A stretch of DNA of 64,000 bases from the human T2T-CHM13v2.0 reference genome, Homo sapiens. Positions 23,511 through 37,019 of this stretch are shown piece by piece. A program made the translations under genes and the position numbers. Each line of letters begins with the position of its first letter. The stretch's first letter is position 1. Where the stretch lies: NCBI RefSeq assembly GCF_009914755.1, contig NC_060925.1; one strand, written 5' to 3'. Below the pieces are notes generated by a model, which was given only the letters and a program-made list of their open reading frames with translations, was not told the DNA's origin and did no database searches.

Positions 23511-26500
23511 CCTTCCATTTTGCCTACTCCATTAACTCACACATAACTCCACTTCCTCTCCTATCCGCCCTGAAAATCTGGATGCATGACTTTGCCCTCC
23601 ATTTAGCCACACCTTTGCATTTTTCACTCCATGTCCTTCTCCTGCTGTCACCCCACTAACCTCCAGGCGTGAATTCATCCAACTACCTGCATGTTTTACT
23701 CCAGCCCTGGGCTGATGAGCCCCCCAGATTCATACTTGGGTTGAAATCTAATGTCAATGCCACTTTACTTGTGTCTTCAGAGGCCAAGTTCCAAAAAGAG
23801 CATCAGGCAGAGTAGGGACTGTCAAAGGCAACCCTGGCACAACCACCAGAGTCCAAGTGAAACTTTATGTAGGGAGTATGCATGCTTTCCATGGAACCAG
23901 GCCTATTTGCCCTCAAGGAAGTAGCCACCAATAAAACAAATAAGGAAACAAACACCCTAGGTGTTTGTTGTTGAACAAACTTCATGATGCCTGCAGTCTC
24001 ATGAGAAGCACCCTCACCCTCAGCAGTCTGTGCTGTCTGAGCACCTTCTACACCTGGATTGGACAGGAACAAAGATCATGGGCCGCTACTACTGACAGCA
24101 CTGATGTGCACTAATGTTAATGAGCTCACACCGAGGTCAGCAGAACGACCTCAGCCTGAGCCTACTGCCTCAGTTGGCTTAAAGAGTAGCCACTGCCATT
24201 TCATTCATTCGCTCATTCATTCATTCAACAATTTCTTGAATGTCCTGAGCTAAGCAGTGAGGATACCATAAAGAATATGACATTTACATCTGGAAATATT
24301 TACATTCTTTAGTAATCAAGACTTCATTCCTATATTTACTGTCAGAAAACCACTTATGAAACCAGAAGAGGCTGAGGTATTTTAGTAGAGAATGGGCCCA
24401 AAGAAAAAAAATGGACAGATAATGTCCCTCTTGATATTCCTCTTGATATTTTCTGAAGAGTGTACAGGAGAGGGAGAAGCACCTTTGATGCGGGTCACAT
24501 CAATCAGTCAGTCAATCATAATGGGCACTGTCATCCATCTGGGGTGTTTGTGTTTAGTTCAAGTACAAAAGTACAGGCTTATTATAAGAAACTCAGAATA
24601 CATAAAAAAATTGAAAGATACATATACCATAATATAATTACATGTAACAGAATAACATATAAATTACACATAGAGAGAATATATATATATATATTCCAAC
24701 ATCTGAATTTAACTATTTTATCATTTTGGTGTATTCCCTTCCAGTATGTTTGTCTCATTCACATCTTTCTCTAAAATAAAATAAAATAAAATAAATTCAT
24801 CCATATGCATTCTAGATGCCATATGAGTAGAGCTCATATCCTTTCACCCTACCTAGCCTCCCTAACCATGATTTAGAATTTCCCAGGTGACTTTCTTTTT
24901 CGTCCAGGGAGACATGCCTCAAGAGAAGGAGGCTTAATTTTAATAGCTTAAGTTGAGAAGATTGACTGTTAAATATCTTGCGATTCATCCTGAAGCTAAA
25001 TGCATTATATATCATCTTGTTTGCATTTGTTGGCAGTTTTTAGTGGTCCAAATTGATCCTCTGATTAGCGTGCCTAAGCAGGCGTTGACCATAGAGGTAT
25101 TTCATACTCCCTGTACTTGTGTACAAGTGTGTGTGTACACCCTCCAGCCACACTCCACCAGCTACTCTCTGACTTTGATTAAGGAAGAAATAAATTTATG
25201 TCACCTGCAACCTGCCTTCTGTTTTGTACCAGTAAAAGATTCTGCCCTTGCTAGGGTTGTGAGCCCACCCTCCCTCAGAGCCCTGCGGCTTTTCCAGGAA
25301 GCAGGGAGGTGAGGTATGGAGCTAGCACTGCAGCAGTCGTGTGGGAGAGCAGGATGGTGGCTGAGTAATAAAGATCCTGGCTGCTGTTTTCTGGAGGGAG
25401 AAGGCCTGGCTTGCTAAGCAAAGTAAGATGGAAAGAAGTAACTGGAGAGTAGCTTGTCACACCCACCCAGCCTGACAGCCCAACAGGTGAGTTAGCAAAT
25501 GCTACACTGTAAGGAATTGCAAGCTATTTTCTGCAAAGTGGGCAAAGACTGTGGGATTAACGACTGTACAGCATGATAGATGTTGCTAAAGAAGGCCATA
25601 AATTACCAGCCATAAACCTGGCAAAGCTTATCCGATTGTATGTTGCAATCTGGGGCACTGGCAGATTTCCAGCACGGCTGGGGGTGGCAGGGTGGGCGTG
25701 GGAGTTGATGCAGAAGCTGGCAATGCATACTCCTGGCCGTAGGGTACAGATGGTGAGCTTGGCAGATGTCCAGAATTGGAGGCTGTGGAGGCAGCAATGC
25801 TACTGGATGAGCTCTGCCTTCTCTGAATGGCAGCCCTTGGTCAGAGATGCTAGAAAAGCCCACAATAAGGCTTGGCATGAGCAATTAAAATAAAAACAAA
25901 AAACCTCAGTCTTCTTCCCATTTCCTGCATATGGGATGGTTGGCCAAGGGGGCCCTTCCTTGGATATGAGTTGGGAGATCAGATCCCAGTTGTTTTTTAT
26001 CTCAGGTCTTGAAGAGGAAGATGAGAGGTGGTGGGAGTGGGCGTGGAGAGAAGACCTGGGATGATGTCTGCTCCCAACTTCCTCTGTCAGGGATCCTAAA
26101 CCTAGTTAAGTGCTGTGGATCTAACCTGTGACCATGACAAGGACCTTCAGGCCATTACCATGGCCTTAAATGATGACCAATCTCCAGCCAGACCCAAGTC
26201 CAGTTCTCGCATTCCCAAAACCTTCTCCTTTCTCCCCACCCTGGGTGAAATGAAAAGACGTCCTGTCCCCATTGTCCTTTTCTGTCTGCTCCTGTGGTTT
26301 TAAGAAAAGGTATAAGATAATCAAAGTACAGAAAAAAGAAGAAGAGAGAGAAAAAAGAGGATCAAATGAAAGAAAAGATGGGAGTAGGAGTCAAAGAATC
26401 ACACCATTTCCTCAGGTCTTTCCCTCCAATCCCCACTACCAAGAGTTGCATCAAACATGACACTGATTAACTGCTAGTGGGAGATATGCAGCGATAAGAT

Positions 26501-26969
26501 ATGGCGCTATCTTCTACCTTCTTCCCATCCAGTACACACTTGTACATACACACACACACACACAACCTTTTTATACACATACTTTTCAAAAAGTGTCTGC
26601 TTACCAAATAACAAAGATCAGCCTCAACAGATAATTGTTCCCCTCCTTTCTTTCCTCTCCTATGGTGCAGAAGGCAATACACCTAAGCAACACTGACCCT
26701 TGTGTGTAAGGACTGCAAAGCAGTGAAGGCATGCTGCTTCCTTCCAAGTGCTGATGGTCACAGAGGCACGGAAGGCAGATCAAAGGCCAAGAAAGCACAT
26801 GAGCTCCGTTCTGCATGAAGATAAAGGGTCAGAAAAAGTTGACTATCAGCCTATGTATTTACTGAGTACCTATTATGTACTGTGTCAGCCATTAGGGATT
26901 CAGTGGTGGACAAAACAGATGTAGCACATTCCTCATGGAATTTAGTAACTAAGCAGTCTGGAGAAGTCA

Positions 26970-27325
26970 TTGGTGCTATTGACCAAGTATCTCTTGCTCT
27001 CTGCCTTCTGGAGGCCTGGCAGGATTGCACTTTCTGGCCTCTTTAGGTTTGCTGGGGCCATGTGGCTTGTGAGTGGAGGTACACCATGTCACTTCCAGGA
27101 CAAAGCTTTATTTCATTGTCAGTGTGAGACCTTCCCAAGCAATATTCAAGTTGGTGGCTGTTCTAACAGCCTGGGTCCCTGAGAAACTAAAATAAGCAGA
27201 GTCTGCCAGCTAACTTGCAATGGACAGGTGGTGTGAACAAGAAATAAACTTACATTGTTTTAAGCCACTGAGCATTTGGGAGCATTTTTTACTATAGCAT
27301 AACCTAGCCTGTCCTGACTGATATA
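26970..27325 (+). mobile_element. MaLR LTR (MLT1J-like) between L2 fragments
   Basis: CAGCCTGGGTCCCTGAG...GAACAAGAAATAAACTT..TTGTTTTAAGCCACTGAG...AGCATAACCTAGCCTGTCCTGACTGATATA. Confidence 0.75.
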
Positions 27326-29884
27326 CTTCTATCAGGGACCAACACCTTTATTGAGAATCCACTATGTGCAAGCCTTGTGCTAGGCACCGTGGTTGGATAG
27401 AAGCATTCATGGGTACTCATCTCTACCCTCAGCCTGTCACAGCCTGGTTGACGAACACATGAGGAACATGCCAACCATCATTTTTAGCACATAGACACCC
27501 AATAAATGTATTGGTTGCTAATAGGAGTCTATCAGTCAGAGGCTAAAGAGGAGTAGAACTCAAAGGAGAGAGAGAGAGTGCCTCAGATTGGGTAGTGAGG
27601 AAAGACTTTGTGGAGGTTTGGACTTGAGATGGGCCTTGAAGGCTAGATTGAATGTAACCAGGTAGACAGCAGTGGATAGAGCATTCCAGGTGGGAGAGAG
27701 CCCGCACCACAGTGCACCGGGGGACTGTGTATGATGGGCTTAAGAGGCAGTTGGTAAAAGTTGCTGTCCCCACACAAGCAGTGAGAAGGCTAAGTGGTGG
27801 GGACTGCACTGCTAAGTTGAACCAAGCTGGAGCCTGCAGATGCCAGTGGAAAAGTCATCCTCCTGGGAGCTGTGGGGGCAAAGGAAAAGGTGTGGCAAAG
27901 TGGATGGCCCAGGCCTGCTCTGCTAGGGGCTGCGATTCGAGACATCCTCATTTGGGGAGCTGTGCCTCCAGCCAGCAGCTATTTTTTCCCCTCATTCTCT
28001 GCAGAAGGTAATAACCCGTCACCAGAGCAAATAAAGTCTGATTTACATGAAATTTAATGCTAAGAATTTTCCTTTATTCCCCAGCACTGCTGTGGTAGGA
28101 TGGCAGTGATGGCACAGCTGGGCCTGCTGTGTGCAGCTGCGGGATTTCACTGGATAGAAGTTTAAAAAGAAATTACTTTTCTGTGACAGGGTCTATCACC
28201 ATGGGCAGGGGGCTCTCAGTCAGCTTGGCAATTTCCCACCGGTTTTCCCTGAAAGAGATGCAAAGTCAGGTGGAGAGAATTTGAGCAAGGTGGGAGGAGA
28301 GGAGGAAGTGCAGTCAGAAATCTATTCAGTATTTCCGGGCGCTGGTGGGTGATCCTTAGCCTCACTGCGACAGTGACTTGAGTCTCATAAAGCAGCACTG
28401 GTACCACCCTTGCACAGGCCATCATGATTACCATCTATCACCAATGATCAGAAATATTCTTTCAGGACCAGCCCTGACTGTACTAGGCACAGCAGCTACA
28501 AAGACAAGGCCACTGCCCCTAGGAATTTATCCTTAGTGACACCAGCTACTCACATAAAAGCATGATCTTTCCCCACCTCCATCATCATCCCACCACATCA
28601 TCCCAAGCTTGTAAATACTTCATAAACTTTACTATCCTTTGCTAAATGTTCACCCTTTCACTTAGAATATCTGTATACATCCTATTCATTTTTTGAGACT
28701 CTGCATAATCCTACTTCATTTTTGAGACACTATTTTTTGAGATGCCACCTCTTCCATGAAGCCTTCTTAAACCCCCAAACCAAAATAAGGCTCCTCTTCC
28801 TCTGTGCTCCCAATTCACACTAATTACAACTTATTTTAGTGCTCATTATTTCTCTACTCTGTGTATGATAATTGAGATGCATGTGTTTTCCCATCACTGG
28901 ACTCTGTAAAATCCTCAAAGACTAATATAAAGACCCTGGTAATTAGCCAAAGAAGGGCCATCCATTCTTTTTCAAGCATGCCCCCTGGGGGTTTCAATTC
29001 ATTCCCCCACACCATATGCAGGGTGATTAGAGACCTTGTGTTATTCTCATCTGGCAGGGAAAGGGAGTTCATGCAGCGGGGTAAGCATATATAGGGTACA
29101 AGATGTAGGCTACAGAGAGTCTTGAATCTCAGGCTAGGGAGTCTGGATCCAACTCTAGAGACAATAGGGGCCCAGGGAAGAATTTGGGGTAACTGCCTTC
29201 AAGTAGTTCAATAACTTCCCCCACAGTTTGTTGGGCAGGTTGTGTCTTGTTATTACTTTTCTTTGTCCTTGGGATCAGCGTTTTAGGAGTTTGCTAGGTC
29301 TGGGAGTGAAGACATTTCTTTTACTTGACCAAGTGACCTGAGGATTCCCTGGTCACCCTCTTGGGCCATGACGGTTCCATTTCCGGGATCTCCCTGCTGC
29401 CTAACACACAACAGACAGTCAATTACTCTTGCCATGATTTATCCGAGGCCACACTGGAATCTTCCATCTTCACTAGATGTCTGACACTGCCCCACACAAG
29501 CCTTGGTCAGTGTGGGTGCTCAGGAAGTACAAGTGGCTTGGAGGGCTGGGGGTGCGGGTTTGGGAGCGAGGTAGGGAAAGGGGCTGGCAGCTATCATACT
29601 GACCCTTCCTGCGCCTGTAAATAATGCCATCTATAATATCGTTTCTGTGGAGGGCCACGCTAACTGTCAGAGTGTTCAGAATCTGTGGTCTACCCATTGG
29701 CCTTTCCTGCACTGTATTTGATGGTCCAGCTGCAGCAGAGCAGCACGAGGAGGGAAATCTACTGCCCCAAATGCTATATTCCCGAGCCTATTAGAAATGA
29801 GTTTCACATTTTTCTGCAGGGAAAGATTATCCATGCCATTGCTCATGCAGATAACTAAGAGTGGGTTGTCAATATCCTACATAT

Positions 29885-30050
29885 TAACTGTGTGACCTTG
29901 AGCGAGTTATTTCACCTCCCTGAGCCTCGGCTTCCTCCTCTGTAATATAAGGAGGAAATTGCTTTGAAAAGTTGTTGAAAGCAGAAAATGAAGACCCAGC
30001 CCAGGGCCTGCCGTGTGCTGGATGCTCAATATATGTTAGCGCTTGTTATT
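29885..30050 (+). mobile_element. MIR SINE
   Basis: CTGTGTGACCTTGAGCGAGTTATTTCACCTCCCTGAGCCTCGGCTTCCTCCTCTGTAA. Confidence 0.8.
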
Positions 30051-31071
30051 AGTAGTGAATAGATCCAGACCTCTCGGGTCTGTAGTTGTGTGTGCCTGGC
30101 TGAGCAGGGCTCGCCTCACAGTGGAGTTTAGTAGGTTCCACTTGTCAAATGTGGACGTGGGTGTGAGGTGGAGCGGGCAGGCCTGCCGGGGGAAACTGGA
30201 TGCATTCAGGGGAGATCTGGGGACAGAGAGGGAGGGGTGAGGGCAATTTAACTACATAGATAACCAGACAATAGCAAGATGAGGGGCCATAGAGAAGGTA
30301 AACAAGATTGATAAAAGAGATTAAAAAGGAGGGAGAGGAAAGGCACTGGAGGGGAATATAAATAGAACAGAATATCAACAGGATAGATGCTGTGGATGAA
30401 AAGGGGCTGTAAAGCAGAACAGGCAGAAAATACAAACAGTGCAAATAGCTCAGTGGATAGAATATGAAAATGACATGGGCATACAGAGGGGGAGCATTAC
30501 CTAGATAGATGCAGGAACAGTGGGGAGAGAGATGAATGAGAGAAGGGAGGAGGGAGACCCTCAAGGCCACAGCTCCACCTTGGGTTCACTGCCTCTGCCT
30601 AGTCTCTGGCCCCTAATGGCTTCAGTGATGTGGCTTAATGAGGAGATCCCTGGAGCTGAACTAGAATTAAAACAAATGGAAATCCTGTGGGGATTTTGTC
30701 ACCTCTTCTGCACTCACCATTGAGAAGAATTTAAATGAGAGCCAGCCTGGCAATTAGTGTGTCATCCTGTAGCTGTGACGAAGGAGTACTTCTGTGGGTT
30801 CTGATGCTGGAGCAGGTGAGGGTGGTGGCTACCCCTGGTGAGGTGAAGTCTGTCTAGGCAGAAGCCCCCTCCTCTACTGCCAGGAACCCTGGATGTCATG
30901 GCAGGCCCTGTCTCAACTCACCAAGGCCAGGAACTCTTTGCCTTGGCCACAGTGCTACCACCAAATGTTATCTGTATAACTCTCTCAACTAAGCAAAAAT
31001 AACTGACTGAGAATCCTTCACCATTTCCCATCATAAGTCCCATTTATTCAGAGCTAGAGGCTGAGGTAAGT

Positions 31072-31232
31072 CCTCCCTCTCTCCCTCCCTCCCTCCCTTC
31101 CTCCTATCCTTCCCTTCGTTCCTTCTTTCCTTCCTTCCTTCCTTCCTTCCTTCCTTCCTTCCTTCCTTCCTTCCTTCCTTCCTTCCTTCTTTCCTTCCTT
31201 CCTTCTTGCCTGCCTACCTGCCTGCCTGCCTG
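31072..31232. repeat. Compound (CCCT)n/(TTCC)n/(TGCC)n tetranucleotide microsatellite
   Basis: Directly visible; about 135 nt is almost purely pyrimidine on the plus strand. Confidence 0.95.
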
Positions 31233-31906
31233 ACTGAATTTAAGATTTGCTAAGCATTTAGCCATCATTATATAACACAAGATATTTTACATGGGCTATG
31301 GGAGTGCTACAGACTGTAGGAATGATGAGGAGTCAAAGGCAGGAAGACAAGCTTGCTGTGGGCTGGTGAGCATGGAGAGGGGCTTGAAGTATGAGCAGGT
31401 TCAATACGGAAGATAGGTGGGACTGGCAGACCAGGCAGAAGGGAGGGTCTGAGAAAGAAAATGAAGGGCACATTTGGGCAATGGCGATTAGACCAATGTG
31501 GTGGGAGCTGAGGATTTGACAGAAGAGCAGTGGGCATAAAGTATGGAAAAGTCATTTGGATGAATGGGATGGTCAAGGTCAGGAATTTGGATGTTATCTA
31601 GTATCAGTTATAACCCACTGAGGTTTTGAGGAGTACAGACAAGGTCAGTTTGGGATGGTGATGGGTAAAATGATAGAGAAGACATGGGGTAGGAGACAAA
31701 GAGGCCAGGGCAGGGGTTCCGTCCTTGGAAATAGAGGGGAGAGGGTCAGCAGCACCACCCACCCTTCTTTCCCATAGTCCTTCCCTTGGATACCCAACTT
31801 CTATTCTGATCCCCAGGCAGGTCCTGCCTTTTATCCTTCCATTGCTTTCCTTCTTCCTTCCCTTTCCCTTTCAGCGGGGTGGCTTCAGTTTTTAAGGAGG
31901 CTATTG

Positions 31907-31920
31907 GTCCCCATGGCAAC
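31907..31920. promoter_or_regulatory. RFX X-box-like site
   Basis: GTCCCCATGGCAAC, 12/14 match to GTTGCCATGGCAAC with a perfect half site. Confidence 0.4.
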
Positions 31921-34696
31921 TTAGACACATCAGAGATCCCTGAAAAGATGCTGAGGTCCAAACGGCATAAGGAAAGGAAAGCTAGAGACAGGCCCCCACC
32001 ATCAAGGCATTCACCTACAGAGTCGACCCCAAGAAGCCCACTACCTGACATCTAGACATTTGATTCGGGGAGGCAGCTGCTGGGGAGAAAAGTGGGGAGG
32101 TGGCTCTGGCAGCTGATGCAAGACAGCTTGACGCTCTCACATGAGGTGTGGCCAATTATTTTGACAATTCTGTCTTGCGTGTCAGTTAAATGTTTTGTGC
32201 TGTACAACCTAACTTCTCCCCAAAGAGAGCAGGGGCAGGAAAATGAAGCCTACCTTTTTTGTATGCCCCGTAGAACCTGGCACAGTGCTGCACACTGGGT
32301 AAGAGCTCAGAAATACCATTTAAATAAATGAATGAAGCCTGACACTGTACCTGGGGGGTCTCTATTTGCATATGAAATGTGATTAACTTTTTACAGAGAT
32401 CCAAGGGAGGGCTGTCATTCAAAGCAATGCCTTTGCTGATTCTCCCACTGCTCAAAATATCCTTTGAACTTCTCTTAGAATTATCTTTAAGGCTAGTTAA
32501 CGAGCCACACAAGAATAGCAGTCTTATTACATTACAATCACTCTGTGCACATGGAATAAACCCTCCCTTCTTCTGCAACTTTCAGCAAAAGAAAGCTTGT
32601 GGGATGATTTTTACCTCCTTTCAAAGAAGCCCTTTTGTGATTCATTTAACTTATTTTTTTTACTTACAAGATTGTCCATGATATTTTCACGTAATCTTAT
32701 TTACATGAGAGAAGGGAATGGTGTTTTTGTGTTTGCGTGGGATACGGTCAATTAAGGGCAGCTTGCCCTGCCCTGGCATCCCACCATTTTATGGCATGTA
32801 GATCTATTTCCTTCAATTGCTTTAAAAATTCTCAATATTGTCTTTCCATTGTGAGAGTGGGGAGATCCTGTATATTCTTCTAGAAAGAACAGAGGGTTTC
32901 AAGTTGTCAGGGGGTGGGGGATGGGGGTCTCTGCTTTGAAAACAAAAACTGTGTGAAAAGGTAGTTATGATTGACAGCAAGTCAATTTTCCTTCCAGGTT
33001 TACAAGTGGGAACACTGCCAGTCTAGCCATCAGGACTGAAAGCTCAGTGGAACAAGCTTGAACTGACAGCTGGCTTTTAAATATCCACAGAACTTTCTGC
33101 ATGGTGTTGTGGCTGGCCCAGGCTTTGCAGAGACTGCTGCTGCTGCCCACAGTGGTGTCAACTAGAACTGAAAATGGGAACCGCTCATCCTTGCCTACTG
33201 TCTGTGTCTACCCAGTGTCTTTTCCTCCAGAGCAGGGGTTGCCGGATAGAATGCCATAGATGCGTCAAGAACAGCCTTCACTGTAATCTCCACACTCTTA
33301 GACAGGGGTTCATCTGAGCAGAGGACTAAATCCTTTCTTGGCATGTGGGCTAAAGTCTCTTGGCAAAGAAACGGAGGTCCCAGCTCATCAGAAATTCTAT
33401 CTTCGGCAGCCATGAGCAGATGGATTGGAGTTTCTTGGGGTCGAGCATTTGCACTTGTCCACCTCCACCTCCAAACTGGATATTTATAGTAGAAAAACAA
33501 TCTGTTGGTTGGGAAGAGCAAGGAACCCTCATGGCAGCATGGGGTGGTGCAGAGAAAATGTGGTGGGAGTTCTGATCTTCTTGAACTTCTATGTGCCCAA
33601 TGCTCATTGTCTTTGACTTCACTACAATGAAGCTTTGGAATCTTTGGGGCATTTTTTTCTTACCTTTTGAGAGTTCCATTTTTATATTTGCAAAATGACA
33701 GATTAGATAAGATGATCAGGTTTATAGTGTTGGTGACAGGCATAAAGTGACATGGCCCCTGCTAATAAAGAAAGATAAGGCTAGAAACTCAGTAACAAGT
33801 CAGTATTTCCCATTACTAGTATATCTAGAAGCCGACAAGCTTGTGCTTATTCATCCCTACCTACATGCCAGGGACTGATAGCACATGTTTGGGATGTGAG
33901 AAGCCAGAATTAGAGATATTATCTCTGGCCCTAGACTAGAGCAAAACCAATCAAATCCTGCAGGCCAGAATCTAGGATTCATCAAAAGGATGCTTCAACC
34001 TACTAAACTCACAAATTCTGGGTGGTACCAGGAAAAGATTCTCTTTTTGGCTGCAAAATCTTAAAGATTAAACAAAAGTAAAGCAATATTCTAAAATATT
34101 ATCTCATGACTTTTCCTTTATAGGTAATGCCTTTTTACCTACAACTCTTTCACCTTTGAAACTAGACCATCAGGCTGAAGCTAATTGCCCCAGGGCACCA
34201 TAGAACCTCTTGAGAACCAAGACTTAGAGTATTGTTTTTGAGTTCTTGAAAGCCAATATTTGCTATTGCAAGAGCTAGGACTCATTGTAGTTATTGCTGC
34301 ATTGTTTTCGTTTTAATATCAAAACTTAGCTTTGACTGTGGCGAGAAAAGGCTGAAGGACTCAAGCATAGAATTTACACTACAAATTAGAGGAAGAAGTT
34401 CCTAAGGATGTAAAGACAGTTGCACCATCACACAGAGAAGAGGTAGGACCTTTTCTAGACTTGAGAGAAAATCCTGAAGAAGATGGGAAGATGACTACAA
34501 ACAAGTTTCAGTGGTAAGTATTGGCCATGCTCCATGTTCTACTTTGAGGTTGAAACCCTGGGAGAGGGGGTGGTGGAGAACTCCACATAGTGAGCCAAGA
34601 GGCCTTTACCATGCTTCTTGCCTGGACTAGTAGTATCAGTGTTCTTGCCTGGACCCAGAGGACCACACCACTATGGAGAGTTGTGTAGATGAAAGG

Positions 34697-35088
34697 TGTA
34701 ATGGTTTGAATGCTTATATCCTCCAAAACTCATGTTGAAATTTAATTGCCATTGTAACAGTATTAAGAGGTGGAACCTTTACAAGGTGATTAAGCCATAA
34801 GGTAGGGCTCCACCCTTATGAATGGATTAATGCCACTATCATGGGATTGGGTTCATTATAAAAGGGTTAGTTCAGCCCCCTTTTCTCCTCTTAACCTCTC
34901 TCTGCCCTTCTGCCATTTCTGTGCCTTCTACAATATGATGGCATGCAAAAAAGCCCCCCCAACCCCCGAGATGCCAGCACCTTGATCTTGGACTTCCCAG
35001 TCTTCAGAACTATGAGAAATACCTTTTTGTTTATTACAAATTACTGTCTCAGCTATTCTGTTATAGCAGCATAAAATAGACTAAGGCA
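34697..35088 (+). mobile_element. MaLR solo LTR (MSTB/MSTC-like)
   Basis: TGTAATGGTTTGAATG...CCAAAACTCATGTTGAAATTTAAT...CACCTTGATCTTGGACTTCCCAG...AATAGACTAAGGCA. Confidence 0.85.
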
Positions 35089-36041
35089 ACATGATAAGTA
35101 TGGGCAAAGAGAGGGCCAGAGGAAATAATTCCTCCTACCTCAACCCCCTAGACTGCCTCCCTAAGGGTGTGGAAGAGATCTCATGTGCCCGAGTAGAACA
35201 CAGGTGGCCGTAGTTTGAAATCCAGGAGACCTTCCAGGGTAGCCAGGGGAAGGAGAGCCCAGGTAGGAGCTGAGCTGGCATTGAAGCCTCAGAAAGCCAC
35301 AGTGCCTGTGAGAGCTGAAGTAGGAGCCCAGCTGGCTAGAGGAGCCTGTTGAGCTGACCCAGGACAATGACAAGCATCCTGCAAGAATTGCGAGACACCC
35401 AGCAGCAGGCAGCAGCAGAGAAGAGAGCCGGCTGCCAAGGTCATGCACAATTTCCACTCCTGCCCATACCCAGAACTTAAGAGACCCCTGATAGGACTGA
35501 GACAGTGACTAACAGGGGGCTAGCAGGTCTAAGAAAGCTCATGGGACAGAAGAGGAGGGCACTGGGAGACTGCATGGACTGGTCAGTGGAGGCCATAGTA
35601 GAACAGTGGTCAACTAGTGGAAACAACCTTAGTGGAAACAAGCAAGGCAAAAGGATGGCTTAGATACCAAATACCCCCTTCCCCTCATTCCTGCAGCATT
35701 CAGGGTGTCCTCTGACTGTACATGGGCAGGCATGGTGAGGGTCAGCCACTATTTGAGACACAGAAAAGGGAAAGGACATCTCCAGTTGAGATAGTTCATG
35801 CAAAGATTACAGAACTGATTGATCAAATTCAGACAAATATGTGCTGTAGAGAACTGCAGGATCAACCATGTCATAAGACAGGCCAGCTCACCCTGCCCAG
35901 AATGACACACCAGAAGGGCCAGCACAGGGAAGCCAAGGAGTGTGGGGATCTAGTCCAGAAGACGTGGAGCTGTGTGACCTGGACACCTTTCTTGACCCTC
36001 TTAGGCTCAAATACCTCATCTGTAATACAAACCTTAATGGG

Positions 36042-36523
36042 TGCTATTAATGGCTAAATTGTATCCCTCTAAAAAGATATGTTGAAGTTCTAATCCCCAA
36101 TGCCTCAGAATGTGACCCCATTTGGAGATAGGATTTTAACAGAGGTAACCCAATTAAAATGAGGTAATTGGGGTAGGCCCAATCCAATGTGACTGGTGTC
36201 CTTATCAAAAGGGGGAATTTGGACACAGATGCAGACACGACAGAGGGAAGATGATTTGATGACATGCAGGGAAAAGGCAGCCACATGACTGGAGTGATAC
36301 CTCTACCAGCCAAGGAATGACAAGAATTGCAGAGAAACACCAGAAACCAGAAGAAGCAAGGGAGGATTCTCCCTTAGAGACATCAGAAAGAGCATGGGCC
36401 TGCTGACACCCTGATTCTGGACTTGGACTTCTGGCTTGCAGAACTGTGAGACAGTAAATTACTGTTGTTTTTAGCCATCCAGTTTTTGATACTTTGTTAT
36501 GGCAACCCAAGGAAACTAATATA
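36042..36523 (+). mobile_element. MaLR solo LTR (MLT1B/C-like)
   Basis: AAAAGATATGTTGAAGTTCTAATCCCC...CCAATCCAATGTGACTGGTGTCCTTAT...GGACTTCTGGCTTGCAGAACTGTGAGA...GGAAACTAATATA. Confidence 0.85.
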
Positions 36524-37019
36524 GGTGGCCTGCAAGGTTTGAATGTGTGATGTATGAAAAGCATCAACTACATAACAGATTCTAAAACACTGAAAATTAT
36601 AACAATAAATACTCGCTATTTGATGCTTAAACCTCTTTATGACTCTGGGCTCAAGGGCCTAGGATCTTCTGGTTCAAAGATAACCTTGGTTGGTACCAAC
36701 ATTTTTACTCATAATAATTGGCATGTGATAATAATAACAGGAAGTTCTCAATATTCTCCAGCCTACAGCCACATTTTAAAAAAAAGTTTGGTTTAATTTA
36801 TTTTAGGCTTAGGAGCTTGTACTAATTAGTATAGCTGTATATATATTAAGTGTAAATGAACTTTTCTACATCTCCCACCCAACTGTCAAGGAAGGGCTCC
36901 AATTTCAGATGCTTTGGTGTCTCCTCCACAATTGCACAGAAGCAGTCTGGACAGGGGTGTGTCTGCACGTCATTGGTTTACTGGCTTCCCTTAGCTACCT
37001 CCTACTAAATAACGTTGTT

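Noticed and set aside
33195-33679. Overlapping ~109-aa minus-strand ORFs as a processed pseudogene
   Set aside because: No recognisable protein, poly(A) tail or TSD. The CTTCGGCAGC match to U6 is only 10 nt.
36494-36507. TTTGTTATGGCAAC as another X-box
   Set aside because: Lies in the generic 3' end of an MLT1 LTR and only one half site is good.
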